A DNA stretch of 64,000 nt from Thermoplasmata archaeon (lineage in GTDB: Archaea; Thermoplasmatota; Thermoplasmata; Lutacidiplasmatales; UBA184), in contig JBARNH010000048.1 in the NCBI GenBank assembly GCA_049802875.1, forward strand, positions 64,551-128,550, in the 5' to 3' direction. Both the position numbers and the translations under genes were made by a program. Shown here in pieces: positions 9,611 through 18,789 of the stretch. The notes beneath the pieces are model-generated. The model had not been told where the DNA came from, made no database searches, and saw only the letters and a list, made by a program, of their open reading frames with translations. The stretch's first letter is position 1. Every line of letters begins with the position of its first letter.

Positions 9611-10468
9611 CTACGGTTTCTCGATGGGGGTCCGAACGAGGTTCCCCCATTCGGTCCACGAGCCGTCGTAGTTCCGCACGTCGGGGTAGCCGAGGAGATA
9701 CTTCAGCACGAACCAACTGTGGCTCGACCGCTCACCGATGCGGCAGTACGTGATCACCGGGTGGTTCGGGCTCAGGCCCTTCGACCGGTAGAGCTCGTCG
9801 AGCTCTTCCCGCGGTTTGAACGTCCCATCGTCCTTGACCGCCTGCGCCCAGGGGATGTTCTTGGCGCCCGGGATGTGTCCTCCGCGCTGGGCGTGTTCGG
9901 TCGGGTACTCGGGCGGGGCCGTGATCTCCCCGGAGAACTCCTTCGGTCCGCGCACGTCGACCAATCCCAAGGTCCCGGCTTGGACCTCCGGCAATACTTT
10001 TCGGACGTCCTCGAGGAACGCGCGCAGCTTCGGGTCGGGGGGGCCGGCCCGGAACTTCCCGGCCGCGGGCGTGGGAGTTTCTCCGTTCAACGGCCGGTCC
10101 TCGGCGATCCACTTCTTCCGGCCTCCGTTCAGGATCTTGAGGTTCTTGGCGCCGTAGTAGGTGAACACCCAGAACGCGAATGCGGCGAACCAGTTGTTGA
10201 AATCCCCGTACAGCACCACGGTCGTCTCGGGGTCGACGCCGGCGCGCCGGAACAGCTCCGTGAACGCCTCGGGCGACAGGATGTCGCGGCGGACCGGCTC
10301 GTTGATGTCCTTCCGCCAGTCGACCAGTACCGCCCCCGGCACGTGCCCGAGCTCGTAGTTCGCGGCCGGGTCGTAGTCGACCTCGACCACGCGGACCTTC
10401 GGGTCGTTGAGATGCTCCGCGAGCCACTCGTTCTCTACCAGCACTTCGGGGTGAGCGTACGCCGACAT
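9611..10468 (-). CDS. Two-domain rhodanese (thiosulfate/3-mercaptopyruvate sulfurtransferase)
   Basis: Tandem rhodanese domains. The catalytic loop CRIGERSS is in the C-terminal domain, followed by …YDGSWTEWG. The start is taken at the internal MSAYAHPE; the ORF extends to 10522. Confidence 0.85.
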   Translation of the reverse strand: MSAYAHPEVLVENEWLAEHLNDPKVRVVEVDYDPAANYELGHVPGAVLVDWRKDINEPVRRDILSPEAFTELFRRAGVDPETTVVLYGDFNNWFAAFAFWVFTYYGAKNLKILNGGRKKWIAEDRPLNGETPTPAAGKFRAGPPDPKLRAFLEDVRKVLPEVQAGTLGLVDVRGPKEFSGEITAPPEYPTEHAQRGGHIPGAKNIPWAQAVKDDGTFKPREELDELYRSKGLSPNHPVITYCRIGERSSHSWFVLKYLLGYPDVRNYDGSWTEWGNLVRTPIEKP

Positions 10469-10601
10469 GGTTCTCCTCCCCGTTCGAGGCTTCCGAGGAT
10501 ATACCCTCGACGTCCCGCACAATCGGTGCGGAACGGGGCTAATTCGGTGCAGAAGGGCGTACCGGAGTCCATCGACCCGCGCGGTTCATGCGCCGAGCGG
10601 C

Positions 10602-10919
10602 CTACCCGCGTCGGCCCCGTTTGGGCAGCGGCGCATCTGAGACCTCGACGGTTTCGGGGTCGAAGCCGAGGCGCGCGAGCTCGTCGCGGATCCTCGCCCG
10701 GTGGTCACCCTGCAGGTAGACCTCGCCGTCGACGACCGACCCACCGGTCGCGAGGCGGTTCTTCAGCGATCGGGTCGTCTCGACCAGGTCGACCCCGGGT
10801 GGGAATCCACCAATCACGGTCGCGGGCTTGTTGTAGCGTCGCGGTTCGGCGCGCACGCGGATCCGTGCGGTCTCGCGGTCGAGTGCGGACAGGATCTCAT
10901 CGAACTCGTCGTTACCCAT
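10602..10919 (-). CDS. Translation initiation factor aSUI1 (eIF1 homolog)
   Basis: 105 aa. …RRYNKPATVIGGF…LKNRLATGGSVVDGEVYLQGDHR… is the SUI1 signature. Confidence 0.9.
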   Translation of the reverse strand: MGNDEFDEILSALDRETARIRVRAEPRRYNKPATVIGGFPPGVDLVETTRSLKNRLATGGSVVDGEVYLQGDHRARIRDELARLGFDPETVEVSDAPLPKRGRRG

Positions 10920-11089
10920 CGTTTGGTCTCTCTACCGTCCTCCCTCGCGGGACAAACGGATCGTAAAATGGAGGGGAGCGAACGGATTCCCGGCGGACAG
11001 GCCGGGGCGAAGAGCGTTCGGTCTGAGTTTCGGTAGGCGCACCGAAGGTACAATGTCGGCACACCGCTTGAACGTTTGCTACCCCCGGC

Positions 11090-11872
11090 TCATCTTTCGC
11101 CCCAGCGGTAGAGCCGAAGCGTGATGACCAGCCCCGCCAGCGCGCACACCCCGAGAAGGGTCGCGTAGAGCACCATCTGGAGGGGCGATGCGGGGGTGAT
11201 GCCGAGGGCGCCCTGGACCAGGAGGGCGGCATAGGTCGTCGGGAGGAACCGGGCCGCGTCCTGCCAGATCGGGGGCAAGGCGCTGAGCGGGTAGTAGAGC
11301 GGCGAGAGCATGCCGAGGATCGTGAAGGTGAGGTTGCCGACGGGCCAGATCTCGCGTTGGGTCTGGATACGGCTCGAGATCGCGATCCCGATCGACGCGA
11401 ACAGTACCCAGAGGGTGAAGAGCCCCGCGAGGAGCGCCCCCGCCGCGAGCGGAGTGAACGGGTAACCTCGCTGACCTCCGACCCACGCGAGCAGCACCAC
11501 GAGAATGGCGAGCGCGGGCAGCATCGCGATCAAGTTTGAGATCGCGATCCCGAACAGGTACCGTACTCGGGAGAGCGGGCTGGCCACGAACATGTCCTGG
11601 AGCGAACACTCGATCCTCCAGAACGCACTGTCGCCGAGCGTCCAGCTGCCGATGTTCTGCATCGTGAACAGCATCGCCCCGACGATCTCGAGCGGGAGCA
11701 GCGAGGGGGGCGAGATCAGCGAAAGGAAGTACAGGAAGATGAACGGCAGGAGGACGGGAGTGATCGCGACCGCCGGATTGCGGGAGATCCATCGCCAGCC
11801 GACGATCCCGAAGGCGGGTAGGGCTCGGCCCTGGGTGGGCACGTCCGGGAACGGCCGCCCGACGGTCGCCAT
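11090..11872 (-). CDS. ABC-2 type transporter permease
   Basis: Six predicted TM helices. It lies immediately downstream of a second permease and an ABC ATPase on the same strand. Confidence 0.75.
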   Translation of the reverse strand: MATVGRPFPDVPTQGRALPAFGIVGWRWISRNPAVAITPVLLPFIFLYFLSLISPPSLLPLEIVGAMLFTMQNIGSWTLGDSAFWRIECSLQDMFVASPLSRVRYLFGIAISNLIAMLPALAILVVLLAWVGGQRGYPFTPLAAGALLAGLFTLWVLFASIGIAISSRIQTQREIWPVGNLTFTILGMLSPLYYPLSALPPIWQDAARFLPTTYAALLVQGALGITPASPLQMVLYATLLGVCALAGLVITLRLYRWGER

Positions 11873-12637
11873 TCAGTCCGCCCTCACGGTGCGCCGCGAC
11901 CAGTAGATCGCAAAGAGGAACACGAGGGTCGTTTCCACCCCGAGGCCGCCGATCGCGAGGGCGGCCTGTCCCGCCGTCAGGGTCGCGGCCCCGATCGCGG
12001 CCTGGACCAGCGCGGCCGCCGCACTCGGCGGCATCAGGAGGACGATCGGCCGCAGCACCTCGGGGAACAGCCCCAGCGGGTAGAACACCGGCGCCAGCAC
12101 TCCAAAGACGTTGAAGAACAGGGTCGAATACGCCCAGATCGCGCGGTTGTCCCGAAAGAAAGTAGAGAAGACATAGCCCGTCGATGCGGCGAACAGCCAA
12201 ACGACGGCCGCGAGGCCGAGGACGAGGGGTCCCGTCGTCAGCGTGAGGGGTACGACCACGAGCGCGAGCGCGCCGAGGAAGACGGTGGGGGCGAGGTAGA
12301 CGATCATGATCCCGACGGACATGCCGAGGAAGTACCCTTCCGGCGTCAGAGGTCCGGCAAGGTAGAGGTCGTTCGCCTTGTGGTCGATCCGAAGGTACGC
12401 GGCCTCGTTGAGTACCCGCTGGCCCATCGTGAACGTGGAGAACAGGATCGCGCCGACCAGCGCCACCGAGATCAGCGCCGGATTCAGGATCTCGACGAAG
12501 ACGAGGATGACCCCGGGGACGACCATCGAGGTGAGCATCGCCATCCGCTCGTTGGACTGGACGAGCACTTCGGTCCAGAGGAACGCCCCCGTGCCGGCGA
12601 AAGCGCGGGATGGGGCGAGCGCGGGCTCAGTCCTCAT
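11873..12637 (-). CDS. ABC-2 type transporter permease
   Basis: Multi-TM hydrophobic protein, abutting the neighbouring ABC-2 permease CDS and overlapping the upstream ATPase by 11 nt. Confidence 0.75.
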   Translation of the reverse strand: MRTEPALAPSRAFAGTGAFLWTEVLVQSNERMAMLTSMVVPGVILVFVEILNPALISVALVGAILFSTFTMGQRVLNEAAYLRIDHKANDLYLAGPLTPEGYFLGMSVGIMIVYLAPTVFLGALALVVVPLTLTTGPLVLGLAAVVWLFAASTGYVFSTFFRDNRAIWAYSTLFFNVFGVLAPVFYPLGLFPEVLRPIVLLMPPSAAAALVQAAIGAATLTAGQAALAIGGLGVETTLVFLFAIYWSRRTVRAD

Positions 12638-13553
12638 TGATCGACCGTCCTACCGCGCGGAGGAACGCCTCTTCCAAGGTCACGGGCCCCACGGTGGCGG
12701 TGAGTTGCGACTGGGAGGTGAGCTCCATCAGTTCGCCGAGAACCGGCGGCTGGACGATGACCGTGAGCGCCGGACCGTCCGACACGCAGAGGCCGAACGA
12801 CCGGAATCGGTCGATCTGGGCCGCGCCTTCGGGCAGGAACACCTTCAGCGTGCCGCCCACCGAGCGCTTCAGGTCCTCTGACGTGCCGCTCACGAGAACG
12901 GACCCTCGTTCGACGATGTAGAGCCGGTTGCTGAGCACCTCCGCCTCGTCGAGGTAGTGGGTCGTGAGCAGGATCGTCGAACCCTTCTGGGTGAGCGACC
13001 GCAGCGACGCCCAGACCTCGCGTCGGGCGAACGGGTCCATGCCGATCGTGGGTTCGTCCAGGAACAATAGCGGCGCCTCGGTCGCGATCACCGTCGCCAC
13101 CATCGTCCGCTGGCGCTGGCCCCCGGACAGCGTGATGGATAACCGGTCCGCGAACCCGCTGAGTCCCATCCGCTCGATCGCCTCCTCGGTCCGGCTCTGC
13201 GCGATCTCCCGGCCGAAGCCGCGGGCGCGGAGGTACGTGTAGATCTGTTCTCGCGGAGTGAGGTGGAAGAACGGTTTTCCTTCTTGCGGCACGACCGCGA
13301 TGTACGGCCGGGCTTTCTCGGGGGAACGGGCGATGTCGATGCCGAACACCTCCACGCTCCCGGAGGTCGGTCGGAGCAGCGTCGAGGCGATCTTCAGGAA
13401 GGTCGTCTTCCCGGCGCCGTTCCGACCCAAGAGGGCGACGCGCTCCCCGCGGTGGACCTCCATCGAGACCCCGCTGAGGGCCTCGACCGGAGGTGCCCCC
13501 CGGGACTCGTAGACCTTGCGAAGTTCGACACTGCGCAGTGCCTCGCCGCTCAT
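12627..13553 (-). CDS. ABC transporter ATP-binding protein (ABC-2/drug-exporter type)
   Basis: Walker A GRNGAGKTT, signature LSGGQRQR, Walker B ILLTTHYLDEAE. Confidence 0.9.
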   Translation of the reverse strand: MSGEALRSVELRKVYESRGAPPVEALSGVSMEVHRGERVALLGRNGAGKTTFLKIASTLLRPTSGSVEVFGIDIARSPEKARPYIAVVPQEGKPFFHLTPREQIYTYLRARGFGREIAQSRTEEAIERMGLSGFADRLSITLSGGQRQRTMVATVIATEAPLLFLDEPTIGMDPFARREVWASLRSLTQKGSTILLTTHYLDEAEVLSNRLYIVERGSVLVSGTSEDLKRSVGGTLKVFLPEGAAQIDRFRSFGLCVSDGPALTVIVQPPVLGELMELTSQSQLTATVGPVTLEEAFLRAVGRSINED

Positions 13554-13692
13554 GAGACGGCGTCCACTCTGGGACGATACTTAACCGCACGGTTTTCGAG
13601 GAAGATTCTCCCTCGGATGTTCCGTCGGACGCCTCGGGCGGTAGGCGAGGACCGCCGGATCCTCCCCGCGCGGTCCGTCGAATCCCTTCCCG

Positions 13693-14088
13693 CTAGTGGC
13701 TACCGCAGCCGCAACCGCCGCCGTTCGCGGAGTTGCTGCCGCACGAAGTGCATCCGCCCGAGAGGCCGGCCGCGTCGGGCTCTGGCAGCGTCGGGTTCGT
13801 GATCTTGAAGCCGGACTGGCTCAAGTCCTCGACGTAATCGATGACCGCGCCGTCCACGAACTTCGTGCTCGTCGGATCGACCAGCAGCGCGAACCCGTCC
13901 ACTCGAAGCACCTCATCGTCCGCGCGCGGCTTCGCGAACGCGAGCCCGAACTGGACGGCGCTCCCGCCGCCGCAGCACCCTCCGCCCCCGGGTTGGGCGT
14001 AGACTCGAACTCCGATCTCGGGCTTCTGGCCCCGGATCAGGGTCCGGACCTGCTCCAGCGCTGCGGGGCGAATCTCGACATGGACCAT
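13693..14088 (-). CDS. HesB/IscA-family Fe-S cluster insertion (A-type carrier) protein
   Basis: 131 aa ending in …GGGCGCGSH (the C-G-C-G-S A-type carrier motif), with an additional Cys/Gly-rich internal loop. Confidence 0.85.
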   Translation of the reverse strand: MVHVEIRPAALEQVRTLIRGQKPEIGVRVYAQPGGGGCCGGGSAVQFGLAFAKPRADDEVLRVDGFALLVDPTSTKFVDGAVIDYVEDLSQSGFKITNPTLPEPDAAGLSGGCTSCGSNSANGGGCGCGSH

Positions 14089-14235
14089 GGGGATCTCCTC
14101 GACGATAGGACCGGTTCAGGGGGCTTAAGCTCTCTGACGCCGTGGCAGCGACAAATCGCCTCCCGACCTCCCGGGGTCTATCGGAGTGTGAGAGTAGCTC
14201 ACGGCGAGACAATCGCCGTCAGTTTTCGCGAAGTT

Positions 14236-15972
14236 CTACGCGAGGGGCGGCGGTCCCTCGTCGGGCGGCTCGTCCGAAGGCGGGGAACCGATCTCGGGCA
14301 GTTCGGTCGTGCCGGTGAACGTCTCGGGGAGCTCGGGCTGGCGTAGGCCCGGAGCCCTCGCGAGGTCCACCGGCGGTAGCCCGGGCGATGTGACGCGCCA
14401 GCATAGTCGAGCCAGGGCATTGTACAACCGTCTCGGCAGTCCCATCGAACGACCAATGCGTCGGACATCTTGCTTCGAGAGCTCGCCGACCCAGGCGAGG
14501 ACGAAGAAGTACACGACGAAGCAGAGGACGACGACGGCCAGGAGCTGGTACCACGTGCTCACGGGCAGGACGCGATTGAGCTGGGAGATCACGCCGAACG
14601 CGATCGCGGCACTGACCGTGATACGGGCGATCGACAATGGCTGGATGCGGACCCGGATCAACGTCTCCAGGAAATACGTGTTCAGCACGATCGCCGCGAT
14701 CGAGGAGAGGAGCACGGCGATGGAGGCGGAGATCAACCCGTCCTTCGCGGGGAGGAGCCCGTACGGCGGCAGGAGCAGGAAGGCGGTGGCGAACAGCACG
14801 ACCACCTGCGTGCTCGTGAGGTAGAGCTCGAGCCGTTGGCGGCCGATGGCGTTGAGGCTCGACTGCATGATCTGGCTCAACGCAAGCGGGAGGGCGCCGA
14901 CGACCAGGATCGCGAGCGGGATCGCCCCCGGAGTGGCGTACAGGCGATTGGCAAAGATGTTGAGGAAGTTCGTTCGGTAGGTCACGAGCGCAACCACCCC
15001 CGGAACGAGAAGGATCGAAGAGTACCGCAGGGCCTGCCACGTGCCTTCTCGCACGGCCTCATACTTTTCCTGTCGATGGAGACCCGCAATGTAGGGGAAG
15101 AGGGGGGTGGTGACTGCCGCCGGCAACGACAGGACTAGGATCCGAAATCCGTTCGCGGCCAGGAAGATCGAGAGGTCTTGCGCGCCGAGGTGAGCGACCA
15201 GGAGCGGGACCAAGTTCGTGACGAGGTAGGCGAGCATCAAACTGCCCATCAGTGGCCAAGCGAACCGGAACATCCGAGTCGCTTCGGAACGCTGGAACCG
15301 ACGCATCCGACGGATGACCGCCGGAGCGGCGTAGATCGTCGACGCCGTCGCCCCCGCGACGTAAGCAAGGGTCAGCCCGAGCATCGTGTGGTCGTAGTAG
15401 GCGACAAAAATCAGAAACGGCATCCGGGCGATCGCCTCGATCAGCCCCGGGTACTGCGCCTTGAGGGAGTTCCCGACCCCGATGAACAGCTGGTTGTAGA
15501 CGGTCGAGAACGACCACAATAACGGGAGCGCGACGAAGATCCCGAGCGAGGTGAGCGCGACGCTCCCGGTGGCGATCTGGGCGCCTCCGATCGACAGCGG
15601 TGCGATGAGGAAGATGAACAGGCCGGCGAGACCGACCATCATCATCCGGACGACCAGGTAGACCGTCGTCATGTCGGTCGCCGGCCTTCCCCGGGCGAGG
15701 AAGTACGTGTACGCCGTCCCGAGGCGCAGGTCGCCGACGCCGTTGATCGACGACCCGATCAGCAGGAAGAACTGGACGGTGCCGAGAAGGATCTGCCCAT
15801 TGGTGGAGACCCCGATGTGCTTGTAGAGGAACAGGCTCGCGACGAACCCGATAACCTGGGTGGCCACCGAGGCGGCGAAGACGGCTCCCGAGCTCAGGGT
15901 GAGCGAGAGCGCCTGCTGGGGGACCGCGGGGGGGGTGGGCGAGGCGACGGATGCAGGACTCGATCGGTCCAA
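14236..15972 (-). CDS. Polysaccharide-biosynthesis flippase (MOP/Wzx superfamily) with Pro/Glu-rich C-terminal tail
   Basis: About 14 TM helices, typical oligosaccharide-flippase length, and a C-terminal low-complexity tail. Confidence 0.7.
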   Translation of the reverse strand: MDRSSPASVASPTPPAVPQQALSLTLSSGAVFAASVATQVIGFVASLFLYKHIGVSTNGQILLGTVQFFLLIGSSINGVGDLRLGTAYTYFLARGRPATDMTTVYLVVRMMMVGLAGLFIFLIAPLSIGGAQIATGSVALTSLGIFVALPLLWSFSTVYNQLFIGVGNSLKAQYPGLIEAIARMPFLIFVAYYDHTMLGLTLAYVAGATASTIYAAPAVIRRMRRFQRSEATRMFRFAWPLMGSLMLAYLVTNLVPLLVAHLGAQDLSIFLAANGFRILVLSLPAAVTTPLFPYIAGLHRQEKYEAVREGTWQALRYSSILLVPGVVALVTYRTNFLNIFANRLYATPGAIPLAILVVGALPLALSQIMQSSLNAIGRQRLELYLTSTQVVVLFATAFLLLPPYGLLPAKDGLISASIAVLLSSIAAIVLNTYFLETLIRVRIQPLSIARITVSAAIAFGVISQLNRVLPVSTWYQLLAVVVLCFVVYFFVLAWVGELSKQDVRRIGRSMGLPRRLYNALARLCWRVTSPGLPPVDLARAPGLRQPELPETFTGTTELPEIGSPPSDEPPDEGPPPLA

Positions 15973-16041
15973 GGTCGTCCGGGTGCCCCGAGGCGGGGGT
16001 GCGTTCTTATGCCCATGGGTCGACGAGCCGACCGGGGAGCG

Positions 16042-16443
16042 CTACCCACCCTCACGGGAGGTCGGCGGAACCTCCTCGGTTCGCCGCTCGTAGATCTCCA
16101 CCCACACCCCGTCCGGATCCGAGAGGAACGCGAGACGCTCGTCACTCTCGGTGAACGGCGGGATCCGAACGCGCGCGCCGAGCGCCTCGAGCCGCCGCAC
16201 GGTGGCCTCGAGGTCGCCGACCCGGAACCCCAAATGGTCGAGCTCGTCGCCCTCCCGGTACGGGGGTTCCCCCGGGTAATAGTTCAGCTCGAGGATTGCA
16301 CCGGACTCTTCGTCTTTCAGCTCTTGCCAGAGTCCTCCAGCGGCCATCCGACCGGACGGACCCTTGCGGAGACCCAGCCCCTCGGTATAGAATCGGGTCG
16401 AGCGGTCCAGATCACGCACTCGGATCCCGGTGTACTCGAGCAC
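16042..16443 (-). CDS. VOC-family protein (glyoxalase/bleomycin-resistance fold)
   Basis: Glyoxalase-like βαβββ motifs (…YTGIRVRDLDRSTRFYTEGLGL…DHLGFRVGDLEA…). The start is assigned to GTG at 16441-16443; the longer N-terminus up to 16551 overlaps MarR and looks non-coding. Confidence 0.75.
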   Translation of the reverse strand: MLEYTGIRVRDLDRSTRFYTEGLGLRKGPSGRMAAGGLWQELKDEESGAILELNYYPGEPPYREGDELDHLGFRVGDLEATVRRLEALGARVRIPPFTESDERLAFLSDPDGVWVEIYERRTEEVPPTSREGG

Positions 16444-16963
16444 GCGGGGGCCTCGCCACCCGCCTATTTGAGCCGGCACCCACCGGGCCGGTCGTCGAAC
16501 CCCGCGTCGACGCCTCCATCGCGTCGCTGAACTTCCGCAGCAGCCGGGCAAAGGTTCCGCGTTCGGCGGCCGAGAAGCCCCTCAACGCGCGATGACCGAC
16601 CTCCACGCGCCATCGCATCAACTGTCGAACTTTCCGACGGCCCTCGGGGAGTAGTCGGACCACGGCACGTCGCCGGTCCTCTCTTCCCGGTCGGATCTCG
16701 ACGTATCGATGCCGCTCCAGCTCCTGGATCACGAACGTGACCGCGGCCGGCGTGACCCCCAAGTATCGCGCGATGGCCCCGGCCGAACTCTGACCGGAGT
16801 TGTGCAAGAACACGAGCACCGAGAGCTGGGGGGGCGGGACGCCGGCGGCGTCCGAGGCGAGCCGAATCCAAGGTTGACGCGCTCGCAAGAATCCTCCGAG
16901 TGCGTCCCAGACCGCCCGCTCACTGGTCGGGGAAGGGACTCGACCCCGGGTCGAGGGGGCCAC
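16412..16963 (-). CDS. MarR-family transcriptional regulator
   Basis: Winged-HTH MarR pattern (…GVTPAAVTFVIQELERHRYVEIRPGREDRRRAVVRLLPEG…). Confidence 0.8.
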   Translation of the reverse strand: MAPSTRGRVPSPTSERAVWDALGGFLRARQPWIRLASDAAGVPPPQLSVLVFLHNSGQSSAGAIARYLGVTPAAVTFVIQELERHRYVEIRPGREDRRRAVVRLLPEGRRKVRQLMRWRVEVGHRALRGFSAAERGTFARLLRKFSDAMEASTRGSTTGPVGAGSNRRVARPPRARVHRDPSA

Positions 16964-16966
16964 GGG

Positions 16967-18652
16967 CTAGTCTCCCGTTTCCGCCAACGGGCCCGACTCC
17001 CGAGCGCCCGTGAGCGGGGGCGCCGGGGCGGGAGTCCCCGGACTCGGTGCGCCAGCCGAGCGAAGGGACCGGCGTGGGAGGGTCGGTAGATGGGCGAACT
17101 TCGCGTGGCGGCGGGGACCGAGGACTTCCTGCGCGAGGAGTACGGTCACGGTGCCCCCCACGGTGATCGAAGCCGCGATGAGGTAGGCGTACTGGAATGC
17201 TAGGTGGGCGGGGAAGACTCCCGCGAGCGCTCCGCTGGTGAGCAGGTAGGTGGCGAGAAGGGATCCGGCGATCGGCGCGCCGATGCTGCCGCCCACGTTG
17301 CGGAACACGTTGTTCATCGCGGTGGCTTGACCCATGTCCTTCGGGTCTACCGTCAGGACCAGGAGATTGATGATCGAGGCATTGAGCAGGCCGATACCCG
17401 CTCCGATGACGACCTCAAAGAGCAGCGCGATGGTCAGCGTCGGGGCGTAGGCCTCGAGCGCGAAACCTAGGGCGGTGACCAGCCCTCCCACGAGGGCGAG
17501 CGGTTTGACGCCGACGCGAGAGACGGCGACGCTCGCGATCAGGGCGACGATCGTCATCCCAGCCGCCAGCGGGAGGATGTCGATCCCCGCGGCGAGGATA
17601 CCAAAGTTACAGTTCGCGAGGGTGCTGCAGGCGGCGTTGTACCCGCCAGAGGCCAGTGGATACTCGAACTGGTAGATCAGCGTGAACAGCGCCATGTACA
17701 TCCCGAGGCCTGCGACGGTGAGCACGACGTTCGTCACCGACACGTTCCGCTCCGTGAGCAGCCGCACGTCGACGATCGGTTCGCGCTTCTGAACCGTCAG
17801 GCCGCGCTCGACCAGGACGAACGGGACGAACATCACGAGCCCAAGCGTGACGAAACCGAGCGTTAACGGGGACGTCCACCCCCACGCTTCGCCCTGGGAG
17901 AGGGCGGCCACGATGCCGGCGAGACCGAGTCCGAGGAACAGCGCCCCGAGGTAGTCCACGCGAGTGCTCGGCCGGCGGTACGGGGACTCCTTGATGAGGA
18001 GGAAAACCAGGATCGCCATGATGACCACGAAGGGAACCGCCGTATGGTACGTCGTCCGCCACCCGTAATCCTGGGAGACCAGCGACCCGAGCGGGAGGCT
18101 GATGGCGAAGCCGATCCCGAACATCGCGCTCAGGATTCCCTGGGCGCGCGGGACCATCTCTCGAGGAAACTCCTCCCGCATGAGCGACATCCCGAGCGGC
18201 ATGATCGTGAGGCCGATCCCCTGGATCGTTCGGGCGCCCACCATGAACGCGAAGGTAGGCGAGAAGCCCGTGACGGAGACCGCGGCCGCGTAGGTGAACA
18301 TCACGCCGATCATGACCCTCCGCTTGCCGTAGATGTCACCGAGCTTACCGATCACAGGACTGAGCGCCACGCCGGCGGCCGCGTAGGCCGAAATGATGAG
18401 TGTGACCTGGGCGGCGTCGACCCCGAAATTCGATTGGATCGTCGGAAGGGACGGAGTGAGCATCCCCTCGATGTAGAGCACCACGAGGACAATCCCCGCC
18501 AGGAGCAGCATAACGCGGTTCGCGTAGTGCTTGTCGAACGTTGCCGCGGTTTTGGGTGTGACCGCCTCGGGGGAGGTCCCGCCCGGCGGCGTCGGGGTTG
18601 ACAGATCTGGGAGCATCGCCCCGTTCGGCAAATCTTGGGAGGCCGGCAACAT
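16967..18652 (-). CDS. MFS transporter (14-TM, DHA2-like drug:H+ antiporter)
   Basis: 14 hydrophobic helices and MFS motifs (G..GD..GRR). It sits directly downstream of marR, stop-to-start with a 3-nt gap. Confidence 0.85.
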   Translation of the reverse strand: MLPASQDLPNGAMLPDLSTPTPPGGTSPEAVTPKTAATFDKHYANRVMLLLAGIVLVVLYIEGMLTPSLPTIQSNFGVDAAQVTLIISAYAAAGVALSPVIGKLGDIYGKRRVMIGVMFTYAAAVSVTGFSPTFAFMVGARTIQGIGLTIMPLGMSLMREEFPREMVPRAQGILSAMFGIGFAISLPLGSLVSQDYGWRTTYHTAVPFVVIMAILVFLLIKESPYRRPSTRVDYLGALFLGLGLAGIVAALSQGEAWGWTSPLTLGFVTLGLVMFVPFVLVERGLTVQKREPIVDVRLLTERNVSVTNVVLTVAGLGMYMALFTLIYQFEYPLASGGYNAACSTLANCNFGILAAGIDILPLAAGMTIVALIASVAVSRVGVKPLALVGGLVTALGFALEAYAPTLTIALLFEVVIGAGIGLLNASIINLLVLTVDPKDMGQATAMNNVFRNVGGSIGAPIAGSLLATYLLTSGALAGVFPAHLAFQYAYLIAASITVGGTVTVLLAQEVLGPRRHAKFAHLPTLPRRSLRSAGAPSPGTPAPAPPLTGARESGPLAETGD

Positions 18653-18789
18653 AATCCTTTAGAAACTAAACTAATGAGTATTTATGGCTTCCTTCCCCAC
18701 CGTCGGTCCGACGCGGCGGGGAACCCGACCAGCGCGTCGGTGAAGAGGCTCTTAGGGAAACCTGCGTTCGCCGCCCCCGGGCGGAGAGT
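18653..18789. promoter_or_regulatory. AT-rich divergent promoter region between two MFS transporter genes
   Basis: A sharp drop in GC (…ataatcctttagaaactaaactaatgagtatttatgg…) with TATA-like elements in both orientations. Confidence 0.4.
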
